The position numbers were made by a program, and so were the translations under genes. From a virus, in the IMG/VR virus record IMGVR_UViG_3300029763_000003: 58,211 nucleotides of DNA; one strand, 5' to 3'. Below, one piece after another: positions 31,038-39,672 of this stretch (within the stretch, counting starts at the first letter, position 1; each line of letters opens with the position of its first letter). The notes beneath the pieces were generated by a model. The model was not told the DNA's origin. It did not search any database and saw only the letters and a program-made list of their open reading frames with translations.

Positions 31038-31674
31038 ACTTATCAGCAATGCAATCCCAGTAGAGATACGCCTTGCCATCTGCAGCATCTGCGTCTTCAA
31101 GGAACGCCTTTGCCATGTCAGCGTAGAAGCCAGGAGTGTCAACGGACTGGCGCTTTGCGACCTGACAATAATCCGAGTACATCATGTTCATAACAGCCCA
31201 GAAATCGTTCGGGTCACAGGTGATATTGCGCTGTTTCGCAACGTCCTGTGTCTGTTCCAGCGTCCAGTGACAGCCCTTCGTGCCATCAGCGTTCACCATG
31301 CTGTCGCACCATTCCTCTGCTTCATCATGGGTGAGGTGCTGGCGCGGCATCTTGATGGAGCGGCCATCTGCACCGCCACGCTCATACTGCCCAGACCGCT
31401 TGTTCCAGTCACCGTTCTGCGAGAAGCCAATTTGCGGCATTCTGCGCCCATTCTCTACGTCAGGGTAGCGGGGGATAGGGTAGGGGTCGATGTAGCGGTT
31501 CTCTTCCTGCGGATAGTAGGGATAACGGTCGTTGCCGCCTTCCAGTTTACGCAGACGGCGTTCCATCTCACGCTCCCTGCGGTCACGCTCTTCCTCAAGG
31601 CGGTCACGCTCCGGCTCACGGTCTTTGTCGTGGTCGCGGAGCATCATCATGCGGCGAAAATTAGTCTTGCCCAT
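31036..31674 (-). CDS. Hypothetical protein (212 aa): R/E/D-rich N-terminal half and a Cys-containing C-terminal domain.
   Basis: RBS GAGGAGG. DREPERDRLEEERDRREREMERRLRKLE, then HLTHDEAEEWCDSMVNADGTKGCHW...NMMYSDYC. Confidence 0.6.
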   Translation of the reverse strand: MGKTNFRRMMMLRDHDKDREPERDRLEEERDRREREMERRLRKLEGGNDRYPYYPQEENRYIDPYPIPRYPDVENGRRMPQIGFSQNGDWNKRSGQYERGGADGRSIKMPRQHLTHDEAEEWCDSMVNADGTKGCHWTLEQTQDVAKQRNITCDPNDFWAVMNMMYSDYCQVAKRQSVDTPGFYADMAKAFLEDADAADGKAYLYWDCIADK

Positions 31675-31687
31675 AATCTATACCTCC

Positions 31688-32059
31688 TCAAGAAATGGAC
31701 GCGGGCGCACCAGCGTGGGAGCGGCAGAAGCAGCCAAGATACTTGAACGTGCCGGTGCCGGTCGCAGACGTTGCAACGCGGGTAGCGTAGCGGGTGCGAG
31801 TGTGGATGCTCTCGGCGGTTGCCTGAGCGCAGTTGCAGTCGGTCAGAGGGTATGCGGTCGTCCCTGCACCGATGGTGATAACCACAGGGGCGTTGATGGT
31901 GGTCGTGTCCGGTATGCTCTGGGCAACCACAATGCAATACTTCTCTCCGTTCTGGTATGCACCAGCAGGGATGTTGATAGTCAGCGTATCGTTGGCGAAA
32001 GTGACCGCCTGACTGATGACCAAGTGCGGGCAGAGTTTGCAGCTTGTTTTGCAAGCCAT
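31688..32059 (-). CDS. Cys-rich beta-rich small protein (123 aa).
   Basis: RBS AGGAGGAAAA. N-terminal MACKTSCKLCPH, internal DCNC and GCFC. Confidence 0.6.
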   Translation of the reverse strand: MACKTSCKLCPHLVISQAVTFANDTLTINIPAGAYQNGEKYCIVVAQSIPDTTTINAPVVITIGAGTTAYPLTDCNCAQATAESIHTRTRYATRVATSATGTGTFKYLGCFCRSHAGAPASIS

Positions 32060-32071
32060 AATGTTTTCCTC

Positions 32072-32109
32072 CTAAAAAATCAGGGGCAGAGGTGTATCAC
32101 CCCTGCCCC
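32072..32109 (-). terminator. Hairpin GGGGCAG/CTGCCCC followed by a T-run on the minus strand, lying between cassette genes. Possible attenuator.
   Basis: Stem at 32083-32089 / 32103-32109. A-run at 32074-32080 on the plus strand. Confidence 0.45.
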
Positions 32110-32144
32110 GATGGTTCACCCGGTGTTATCGGGGAGTGTGTAGG

Positions 32145-33017
32145 TTAGCAGCAGCCGCAGCAGTTCACGCCCACGTTAGGGTTTGCCACCTGATAAGCGG
32201 GAATCGGACGAGGATTGACCCGGTTCAGAATGGTATCGGTCTGCTGGGACATCACGGTGGTCAGAAGCGCATTCTGGCGATCCTGAGAAGCCGCGAACTT
32301 CAGGCTCTGGTTCTCGGCGGTCAGAGTTGCAATCTTATCCTGTGTGAAGTAGTCCATCATGCTGCGGAAGTTGGCGTTGCAGTTGTCCACAATGGCACGG
32401 GCGTTGTCTGCGATAGCCTGACGGGTAGCGCAGTCCTGCTGTGCGATGGTGTACTTCAGGTCGCCGATCAGCTGCTTGTTCTCGCAGCAGCAAGATGCCA
32501 GCTGCGTAGCAAGAGCGGTCTGACCCGCCTGCCGTGCGTTGCCCTCCTGCATGATGGCAAGGCTGATAGCGTTGTCACCGTTGGACACGCTGCGTTCCAG
32601 ACCGTTCACGAGCTGTGCGTTCTGGTAGCCAAGCTGACAGATGGCACTGTTCACACCAGCAAAGCCGTTCGCGATGTTGGCGTTGAGGCCGTTGATCTGC
32701 GCCAGCTGGTCATACCCCAGAGAGCAGATACCGCTCTGGATACCCGCCAGAGAGCGGGAGGTATCCTGCTGGTAGAAGCCCTCAGACAGAGCCGCGCGGG
32801 TGTCTGCACCGCCCTGACCGGTTGCGCCAGTGCCGACCAGATAGGGGATGTAGGCGTTCATGCCGTTGTCACCACCGTTCCGGCCATAGCCGTTTGTGCC
32901 CCAGCCGAAAATGATGGCGAGGATAATAACCGCCCACAGACCTTCGTTGCCGAAGAATCCGCCGTTGTTATTGCCACCGTCCTGCCCAGCCAGATAGCCA
33001 GTTGCAAAATCGTCCAT
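32145..33017 (-). CDS. Membrane-anchored G/N-rich, Cys-containing coiled-coil-like protein (290 aa) ending in CCGCC.
   Basis: ATG at 33017 follows AAAGGAG. GGNNNGGFFGNEGLWAVIILAIIFGWGTNGYGRNGG contains the TM segment. ASCCCENK occurs internally. The C-terminus is NPNVGVNCCGCC. Confidence 0.6.
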   Translation of the reverse strand: MDDFATGYLAGQDGGNNNGGFFGNEGLWAVIILAIIFGWGTNGYGRNGGDNGMNAYIPYLVGTGATGQGGADTRAALSEGFYQQDTSRSLAGIQSGICSLGYDQLAQINGLNANIANGFAGVNSAICQLGYQNAQLVNGLERSVSNGDNAISLAIMQEGNARQAGQTALATQLASCCCENKQLIGDLKYTIAQQDCATRQAIADNARAIVDNCNANFRSMMDYFTQDKIATLTAENQSLKFAASQDRQNALLTTVMSQQTDTILNRVNPRPIPAYQVANPNVGVNCCGCC

Positions 33018-33156
33018 AACAAAACTCCTTTCAGTTTTGCGTATGCTATCCCACCGCCGTATGCGATGGGCGAAGCCAAACAAAAGCGGTTTTTGTCAAG
33101 TCCGCAAAACTGAGAAGCGTTTCGCTTAGAGGAATGCTTATTTTAGGATCGTTAAG

Positions 33157-33318
33157 TCAGCTTGGAGGGTTGTCTTTTTTATCTTTTGGGTCATCCCACT
33201 TTTTGCTGGCAGCACCGAAAATGAAGCCAAGCATTAAAGGAACCCATATTTTGTCATCGCCACACAGATTGTTGATGTCAAAATCTTTTTCGGAATGGCT
33301 GTTTTCAAAATCATCCAT
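33157..33318 (-). CDS. Small membrane protein (53 aa), not in the ORF track.
   Basis: AGGAG RBS. Translation: MDDFENSHSEKDFDINNLCGDDKIWVPLMLGFIFGAASKKWDDPKDKKDNPPS. Confidence 0.45.
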   Translation of the reverse strand: MDDFENSHSEKDFDINNLCGDDKIWVPLMLGFIFGAASKKWDDPKDKKDNPPS

Positions 33319-33330
33319 TGCAAAGTCTCC

Positions 33331-33582
33331 TCACTTCGGAAGCGTCAAATTCAGGACGCTTGCCAGCTGGTTCAGGTCGATGCCACGCTCTTTGGCGAGG
33401 TTCTGCGCCATCGTTCGGAGTTGCGCTTCGTTTTTGCCCTGAATCAGGTTCAAGCCCTGCATGATGGGGGCATTCTGCCCGCTCAACTGCTGGATAAGCC
33501 CCATCGGGTTTTGCCCGGCACGAGCCAGATTTGCAAGCTGCATGATGGGGCTGTGAGTAATCATATCAAATGGAGAGGACAT
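33331..33582 (-). CDS. Hypothetical Q/N/L-rich protein (83 aa).
   Basis: RBS GAAAGGAGAA. Confidence 0.55.
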   Translation of the reverse strand: MSSPFDMITHSPIMQLANLARAGQNPMGLIQQLSGQNAPIMQGLNLIQGKNEAQLRTMAQNLAKERGIDLNQLASVLNLTLPK

Positions 33583-33585
33583 CGC

Positions 33586-34104
33586 TTATTCTCCTTTCTT
33601 CGCTGTGGCAGTGGGCTTAGAAAAGCTCTTCTGCCACTTTTCCAGTTCGTCCAGCCGATGCACAAGGGCGTTGTACTGCTCAATAGGCACGTACTGCTGT
33701 GTCGGTGCAGCGGTCTGCTGTGCCTGTTGTGCTTGCATCTGCCGCCATGCTTCCGGGCTGTAGAACTCCTGTACATAGGATTCACAGGTGTCCGGGTTGA
33801 GCCGCTTGCAATAAATCACACCGCTGCGCAAGTCCGGGCAGTAGGTCGGTCTGCCGTACAGGTCAGACGGTATTGCCAAAAACTCCTCCCTGCTGGAAAC
33901 GGGTCTACCAAGCAACCAACCGCCATCTTGTGCCGACTGCTGAACAGGCTGTTGCCCATTCATCGGCTGCGGACGCTGCGGTTGTGCCTGTTGCATCTGC
34001 GTGTTGGGTAGGGGAGTGGCAAGCCCGACCGTACCCATGCCGCCGTAAGGATTGACAGGCTGCTGTGGAACGTAGGGCGCGCCGGGTGTCGGATAATAGC
34101 TCAT
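33586..34104 (-). CDS. Hypothetical protein with a P/Q-rich N-terminus and a Cys-containing core (172 aa).
   Basis: ATG at 34104 follows AAGGAGGGA. MSYYPTPGAPYVPQQPVNPYGG... Confidence 0.6.
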   Translation of the reverse strand: MSYYPTPGAPYVPQQPVNPYGGMGTVGLATPLPNTQMQQAQPQRPQPMNGQQPVQQSAQDGGWLLGRPVSSREEFLAIPSDLYGRPTYCPDLRSGVIYCKRLNPDTCESYVQEFYSPEAWRQMQAQQAQQTAAPTQQYVPIEQYNALVHRLDELEKWQKSFSKPTATAKKGE

Positions 34105-34150
34105 AAAAACATCCCTCCTTGTGCATCCAGTGTACCGCATCAGCAAAAAG

Positions 34151-34182
34151 CGAAGGACAACGAAGCGACAACGAAGGACAAA
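34151..34182. repeat. Three tandem 10-11-nt repeats CGAAGGACAA / CGAAGCGACAA / CGAAGGACAAA, just upstream of the cassette.
   Basis: Read directly. Confidence 0.6.
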
Positions 34183-34264
34183 AAAGAAAAGCGCCCACAC
34201 AGCACAGGGCTGTATGAGCGCTCAAGTATTTGCACGCAACGCGTATAAAATTTTCAAAAAAGTC

Positions 34265-34293
34265 TTGACAATTATACGCAATGCGTGTATAAT
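34265..34293 (+). promoter_or_regulatory. Perfect-consensus promoter TTGACA-17-TATAAT. The inverted repeat ACGCA-A-TGCGT lies in its spacer.
   Basis: TTGACA at 34265-34270 and TATAAT at 34288-34293. Confidence 0.75.
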
Positions 34294-34345
34294 AAAGACA
34301 ATGAAAGGCACCACACAAACACATGGAGACATGGAGGTAACAATT

Positions 34346-34630
34346 ATGAAAAAGCTCACTGCTGACGAGTTTGCAACCAAGGTTATGGCCACCGGCACCG
34401 AAATCGAGTACGACAACGGCGTTTGGATGATCTACGCGCACCTGACCTATGATGGCGACGTCAAAACCTCTCATCTGGACGCTCGCGACCTGATGGTCAC
34501 TACCAGCATCGAACTCTCCGATGAAGAGGGTGAGGCACTCATGAACGGCAATCTGGACGACGTTGAGAGACAGGCCGTAGTGGAAGACCTTTACCCGAAG
34601 TATCTTGAAGCTCTGGAAGATATGGAGTAA
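34346..34630 (+). CDS. Hypothetical acidic protein (94 aa).
   Basis: GGAGGT RBS 7 nt before the ATG at 34346. Confidence 0.55.
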   Translation: MKKLTADEFATKVMATGTEIEYDNGVWMIYAHLTYDGDVKTSHLDARDLMVTTSIELSDEEGEALMNGNLDDVERQAVVEDLYPKYLEALEDME

Positions 34631-34690
34631 AGAAAATCTCCCCAGCCGATGTGCGTACATCGACCGGGGAGATTTAAGAAGGAGAAGACT

Positions 34691-35014
34691 ATGTATACTA
34701 CTGCTGAACTCTTTATTATGGCTGCTGACCCGGAAGCGTCCAGGGCAGCGTTCCTCAACAGCATCACTCTTAGCGTCCCGGATGACGCTTCCGGCTGCAT
34801 CGACTTGGATGCCGAGAAGGCAAGGCTGTCCACCATCTGGGATTTAGCTCATCTTCCAATGCGTGAGCTGGTAGCCCGCACTGGTCTGTCGCAGACCGCT
34901 TTTGCAAAGCAGGCGGGCGTCCCGCGGCGCACCGTGCAGGACTGGTGCGGCGAAAAGCGTGCGTGCCCCACATACGTCAGATTCCTGTTGGCAGAGCATT
35001 ATAATCTGCTATAA
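34691..35014 (+). CDS. HTH protein with an MqsA/HigA-like C-terminal HTH (107 aa).
   Basis: MRELVARTGLSQTAFAKQAGVPRRTVQDWCGEKRACPTYVRFLLAE. RBS AAGGAGAA. Confidence 0.55.
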   Translation: MYTTAELFIMAADPEASRAAFLNSITLSVPDDASGCIDLDAEKARLSTIWDLAHLPMRELVARTGLSQTAFAKQAGVPRRTVQDWCGEKRACPTYVRFLLAEHYNLL

Positions 35015-35068
35015 CCTTAACCGGATGAAATCCGTGGGCTATATATAACCGAAAGGAAGGCTTACATT

Positions 35069-35368
35069 ATGGATAAAATTAAAAAACCCTATCTCATCAC
35101 GGAAGATGGGATGAGCCACTATGACGAGTTCTGCACCACCTTGAGCGGAGAGCTCACCTCCATCCCGTCTCCGTTTATGCCGAACAGGAAGCCGATGGTC
35201 AACAGCGATTTCCCCGAAGGCAGGGTATACTCTGTGACCCTGCGGGAAAAGGGTGAACTCGGTGCAGAAGCCACCGTCCGTTTTGTCACCTACGAAGAAG
35301 CCAGTCAGTTCATGCACAGCGTGTCCTGCCGTTGCAAGACGATAAAGGAAGCACTGGCACTGGCATAA
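35069..35368 (+). CDS. Hypothetical protein (99 aa).
   Basis: RBS GAAAGGAAGG. Confidence 0.55.
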   Translation: MDKIKKPYLITEDGMSHYDEFCTTLSGELTSIPSPFMPNRKPMVNSDFPEGRVYSVTLREKGELGAEATVRFVTYEEASQFMHSVSCRCKTIKEALALA

Positions 35369-35369
35369 A

Positions 35370-35408
35370 GAAACCCCCGATGCTCCAAGCGGAACATCGG
35401 GGGTTTAT
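35370..35408. terminator. Bidirectional rho-independent terminator (9-bp stem CCCCCGATG/CATCGGGGG).
   Basis: AAA lies before the stem and TTTAT after it. It sits between convergent transcription units. Confidence 0.75.
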
Positions 35409-35551
35409 GCTGCCGAAACGGCAAAGTCTAAAATCAAGAGCGGAACTGCCCACAGGCAATGCCGCTCTCTACAAAGGCCGTAGAGCCTTTCAAATATCCA
35501 CCCTAATGCGCTTCTTCGAGAGGCCGGGTGGATTTCGTTGGTTTAATTTTA

Positions 35552-35960
35552 TCACACATCCAGTATTTTATCAATGATTTTTAACCTATTACCAATCGAT
35601 GTACGGCAATAAGGCACACGCGCTGCAATATCAACTTGGCATAGCTGGTCAACGTACCGCAACCGGGCGATTTTCCGGTCATACCTCCCAAGCGGCGCAC
35701 GTTTTATCACAGCTTTTATCTGTTCTGCATTAAGCCCTTGCAACGCTGGCGGAAAGACTACGCGAGCCGCCGCCACAGGCAGCACCGAGCCAGAAAGGCT
35801 GCGGCAGCTGTCCGGCGTTGCGCACTCGAGCGGTCACAGCACGGTAATGCCCCATTTTGCCAACGGCGGCAAAATGGTCACACACTGCGGGCCACAAAAT
35901 CGGGTACGCACGCTGATCATAATAATAGCGAGGCGTTTGCTCGTATGTAGTGCTTGCCAT
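35552..35960 (-). pseudogene. Sigma-70 region-4-like small transcription factor, split into two overlapping frames (35730-35960 and 35552-35785).
   Basis: The upstream part starts at ATG 35960 with an AAGGAG RBS. The downstream part (KIARLRYVDQLCQVDIAARVPYCRTSIGNRLKIIDKI, HTH) has only an RBS-less GTG. The overlap includes a GGCGGCGGC run. Confidence 0.4.
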
Positions 35961-35964
35961 GATA

Positions 35965-36270
35965 TCACTCCTTATTGTGAACAATGATATAACGAATTGT
36001 GGAAATTTTGACGATAACGCTATCGTCCGGGTTGTTTTGTTGCACACCGCTGAGCGCAACATATTCGCCATTTAGCCACAAAATACTTCCTTCCAACCGC
36101 ATGAGCCATTTTCCGCTACCATCGAAATCAGCGGCATGATTATCCAAGTCGATTTCGAGGTAAAAACCATCGTTCTGTTTTGCAAAGTATTTTTGCAGAA
36201 CAGAAGTGATTTCTTCCGTACTCATGTTTTCAGAATCAGCAATGACTTTGATGTAGTGATAATGAAACAT
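35965..36270 (-). CDS. Hypothetical protein (102 aa).
   Basis: ATG at 36270 follows AAGGAGAC. Confidence 0.5.
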   Translation of the reverse strand: MFHYHYIKVIADSENMSTEEITSVLQKYFAKQNDGFYLEIDLDNHAADFDGSGKWLMRLEGSILWLNGEYVALSGVQQNNPDDSVIVKISTIRYIIVHNKE

Positions 36271-36280
36271 TTTTGTCTCC

Positions 36281-36505
36281 TTACTGTGTGATTTCCTCAG
36301 CGTTCGCCTTGTCCTCAGCGTCCAGTGCGTCGTAGTACGCCTGTGCAAGGGCTTCCACCTCTGCGATGTCGTCCTCCGTCAGCAGGCCGCTGTCCAGATG
36401 GGTGTACGCCTTGTCCAGCCAGTATGCCACGTCGCGTCCTGCGGCGATCTCCCGCTTGATGGAGCGCAGGGTCAGGTCATGCCGTGCTTTGCTTTTAATA
36501 GCCAT
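36281..36505 (-). CDS. Hypothetical protein (74 aa).
   Basis: RBS AAAGGAGGA. Confidence 0.5.
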   Translation of the reverse strand: MAIKSKARHDLTLRSIKREIAAGRDVAYWLDKAYTHLDSGLLTEDDIAEVEALAQAYYDALDAEDKANAEEITQ

Positions 36506-36518
36506 AGTCAGTCCTCCT

Positions 36519-38300
36519 TTAGGTCGTAGTCATTGATGCAATGGCGTCCTCAAGATTTTTGACGACGAGATTTACGTCCCGCTGGTAGTCCAACTTGATG
36601 CCAGCACCGTCACCCGCTTGCACTACCGTGTCAGGGCCGTAAGTGACGAAGGCTTTGTAAGCGGCAATTTCGGCAGGGGTGAGCGGGGTTTCGATGGGAG
36701 TGGCGAGAATTTTGTAAAGCACAACATTCTCGTTGAACCACATCTTGAACTCACCCGGTGTAGTGCAAATACCTAAAGACTTGGATATGTTAAAAATACC
36801 TTCGCCAGTCGATATAACAAAACCGTTTTCAATGCCCTTGTTGTAGAAGTCCATAAACGGGTAAGAGATAAAACGATTACACGGGCCGCCACTTTCGATG
36901 GTTTGATTAAAAGATCCTTGATATGTAAGAATTTGATAGGAGTAGCTTTTACTTGCGTCCCACCAATTCGGGTCACGAGATACAATGCAATGCTCAATGA
37001 AAGCCCTTCCAACTCTCTGCACCCTCACACCCCTTTCCAAGTCCACCTCGTCGCACACCCACTGCTGGCCGCTTTGGTCAGTGTAGTTGCCGCCAGAGGT
37101 GACAGGGATGCCGGGGAGACCAGTGGGTGTGGGCAGAGTGAGAGTTTGCGTTTTGCCTTTTCCATCGCTGAATGTCACCGCCACGCTGCCGCTGTCGCCT
37201 GCGCTTACGATAGGCACAGGTGCATCCGGCGTGGGTGTGCCGTCCTGCGTGCTCCGACCGTACACGGTCAGGCCGCACAGGGGTGCAGCGAAAGCGTCGT
37301 CAACGCTGATGGGGTTACCTGTTTCGCTGCCTGTGAGGATGTTCTGCCGCGCTTTGACTGCGCTGATAGCGTCACCCGTGGCTTTTGCGTCAGCGGCTTC
37401 GCCCTCGTGGGTGAGGGTGGTGTCCACGGTGGCGTCTTTTCCGGGGTCACCTTGCTTGCCGTCCATCACATCGACGGAGCTTGTCCCTGTCGCATCCGTG
37501 ATGACGATACGATGCCCACCAGCGATATCCTGCACGGTGACTGTGGGTGATGTGCCGGGCTCGCCTTTGAAGTCACCGCTTGCAATTTCGTCCTTCAGCT
37601 CCTGCAGGCTGCCAGCGGCTTCCTGAGCGCTCTGGCTGGCACTGCCTGCACTGGTGGCCGCTTCACTGGCGGCGGTCTGAGCGGCTTCTGTAGAGGCTTC
37701 CACCTGCTGGAGAGCCTCGTCCCGGGCTGTGTCCACAACCTTCGTGGCGGCGGCCTGCTTGTCACCGATGGCTTTCAGTGCGTCTTCTTTGGCGGTGATG
37801 GTGTCAGAAAGAGCCTGTCCGGCCTTTTTGGCAGATGCCCCGGCCTGCTGTGCTGCCGTCTGTGCATCGGTCTTGGCCTGCTCTGCGGCGGTGGCATCGG
37901 CGTGGACGGCATCCACCAGCTGCTGCCATGCAGGGGTGCCCGGCTCCGGCTCGGTGCCGTCCTCTGTGCCGGAGTTGGCGCTGACACGATACTGCAGGTC
38001 TGCGCTGGTAACGGTCTTTGTGCCGTCGCTGCCCTCAAAGGTGAGGCACCCGCTTCCGGGCTGTGCGGTCACGCTGGCGGGCACGTCCACAGAGCCGTCT
38101 ACCACCAGCGAGGATGCCGGGTCTTTGCCGTCCTGGACATGCCAGAAGCAGCGGATAGCCAGCCCTTCCCACTCGCCGGAAACGGTGACGCGCAGGCGAT
38201 ACACGCCCCGGTTCTTGGTGTAGCCAAAGCGCACCAGCTGCTCATAGCCCGGCACTTTGACGACGCCATTGGATGCGAGAGATACGCTTTGCTCGATCAT
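36519..38300 (-). CDS. Tail-fibre-like protein (593 aa) located downstream of the lysis genes.
   Basis: A/Q/E-rich coiled-coil centre. The motif DTTLTHEGEAADAKATGDAI is shared with the fibre at 40262-41146 (DKTLSVEGAPADAKAVGDAL). Confidence 0.6.
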   Translation of the reverse strand: MIEQSVSLASNGVVKVPGYEQLVRFGYTKNRGVYRLRVTVSGEWEGLAIRCFWHVQDGKDPASSLVVDGSVDVPASVTAQPGSGCLTFEGSDGTKTVTSADLQYRVSANSGTEDGTEPEPGTPAWQQLVDAVHADATAAEQAKTDAQTAAQQAGASAKKAGQALSDTITAKEDALKAIGDKQAAATKVVDTARDEALQQVEASTEAAQTAASEAATSAGSASQSAQEAAGSLQELKDEIASGDFKGEPGTSPTVTVQDIAGGHRIVITDATGTSSVDVMDGKQGDPGKDATVDTTLTHEGEAADAKATGDAISAVKARQNILTGSETGNPISVDDAFAAPLCGLTVYGRSTQDGTPTPDAPVPIVSAGDSGSVAVTFSDGKGKTQTLTLPTPTGLPGIPVTSGGNYTDQSGQQWVCDEVDLERGVRVQRVGRAFIEHCIVSRDPNWWDASKSYSYQILTYQGSFNQTIESGGPCNRFISYPFMDFYNKGIENGFVISTGEGIFNISKSLGICTTPGEFKMWFNENVVLYKILATPIETPLTPAEIAAYKAFVTYGPDTVVQAGDGAGIKLDYQRDVNLVVKNLEDAIASMTTT

Positions 38301-38303
38301 AAA

Positions 38304-38639
38304 TTACTCCTTGTTGATGGTAGGCTTCTTTTCTGCCAGTGCCTTTTTCATCATGCTGACGGCCTTTTCGATCACACTGTCCAGTACTTCATCCGTGATG
38401 AAAGGCTTCAGCCAGTCCGGCAGTGCGCCGCGCAGCGCAGCAAAGACCTGTGCCTTTTTCTTGGCACCCTGACCGCTGCCCATGATGCTGTCCTCGGCGA
38501 TGGTCACGAGCTCCAGTGCCCACTGCTTGACGTACTGCTTGTAGCCCAGCCGGATGGCACCAACGGCCAGCGCGGCAAAGCCGATGAGCATCAGTACCAG
38601 TGCGATGGGTGCGGGGATAAAGTTAAACATTGATTCCAT
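38304..38639 (-). CDS. Holin (LL-H-family-like).
   Basis: N-terminal TM PAPIALVLMLIGFAALAVGAI followed by a soluble tail. About 110 aa, next to the endolysin. Confidence 0.5.
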   Translation of the reverse strand: MESMFNFIPAPIALVLMLIGFAALAVGAIRLGYKQYVKQWALELVTIAEDSIMGSGQGAKKKAQVFAALRGALPDWLKPFITDEVLDSVIEKAVSMMKKALAEKKPTINKE

Positions 38640-39012
38640 GATTCGTTACTCCTTTCAGTAGGTAGTTGTTAATATCGGATTTGCTTTTTTGCATACCTTC
38701 GCGGTTGTTGCCAGACAGCTGCGAATCCAAAAGATTTTGCACGCCAACGAGCACGAGACGCATTTCTTCATCGAGGCCGTCAAAGCGGCGCAGGTCTCTT
38801 GCAAGGGCCTGTGCGTGCTGAAGCTGTCCCTGTTCCAGCACGCCAAGTCTTTTTTCAAGCGTATCCATTCGCTTGTTCTGCGCATCGTCGGGGGCCTGTG
38901 CCTTTTTGACGTACTTGTGGATGATGTCCAGCACCTTGTCAATGGTGATGGCCGCAGCGCACAGGCTGCCCAGAATGCCCAGCACCCACAGTAAAGCTTC
39001 TTTTTCGGTCAT
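38623..39012 (-). CDS. N-terminally anchored coiled-coil protein (129 aa). Lysis accessory?
   Basis: TM segment LLWVLGILGSLCAAAITI. ATGA overlap with the endolysin stop. Confidence 0.45.
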   Translation of the reverse strand: MTEKEALLWVLGILGSLCAAAITIDKVLDIIHKYVKKAQAPDDAQNKRMDTLEKRLGVLEQGQLQHAQALARDLRRFDGLDEEMRLVLVGVQNLLDSQLSGNNREGMQKSKSDINNYLLKGVTNHGINV

Positions 39013-39662
39013 TTACCCTCCCGGAGACGGGTCAGACCCTTCTTGCTGATGATACCCGCATAGTCCTTGTATGCGTGGGACATGTCCACGTTGGTGGTCA
39101 CACCGGGTACACGGGCCTTGCTGGTATACTGCCACATGCCAAAGGGCCAGCCGGGAGCGGGCTTCTTCGTCCGGTAGGCAGCCAGCCACACGTCGTATGG
39201 CTTCAGGGCTGCGCCGCCCATGTACAGGAAGGTGCTGCCGAACCACAGGCCGGTGTAGAGCAGAGCGTACACGCCCCAGCTTTCCACCGTGCTCAGCATG
39301 TAGGCCGTCAGGTCGGTCAGTGCGGCCTTGCCCAGCGGCTTCTGCACTTCGTCCTCAATGTCCACGGCTACCGGCAGCTCAAAGCTCCGGCCGGCGAGCA
39401 GCTCCTTGAAGTAAGCCAGCTCCTTGTCAGCCTGCTCCCGGTTGACCGCTTTAAAGTAGCCATACACGCCGCAGTGGATGCCCAGCCGCTTGCATTCGGC
39501 GTAGTTGCGGGCAAACTGTGGGTCAGTGTAGGGAGCGCTGGGCCTGCCCGTTGCGCTGTTGCCCATGGCGCGAATCATTACACCGTCCACCTTCCCGCTT
39601 GCCTTGACCTTCTCCCAGTTGATCGTGCCCTGATATCGGGATACATCCATGATTTCAGCCAT
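39009..39662 (-). CDS. Endolysin, GH25 muramidase.
   Basis: IMDVSRYQGTINWEKVKASGKVDGVMIRA...LPVAVDIED...WQYTS. ATG at 39662 follows AAGGAGGA. Confidence 0.85.
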   Translation of the reverse strand: MAEIMDVSRYQGTINWEKVKASGKVDGVMIRAMGNSATGRPSAPYTDPQFARNYAECKRLGIHCGVYGYFKAVNREQADKELAYFKELLAGRSFELPVAVDIEDEVQKPLGKAALTDLTAYMLSTVESWGVYALLYTGLWFGSTFLYMGGAALKPYDVWLAAYRTKKPAPGWPFGMWQYTSKARVPGVTTNVDMSHAYKDYAGIISKKGLTRLREGK

Positions 39663-39672
39663 AGCGTCCTCC

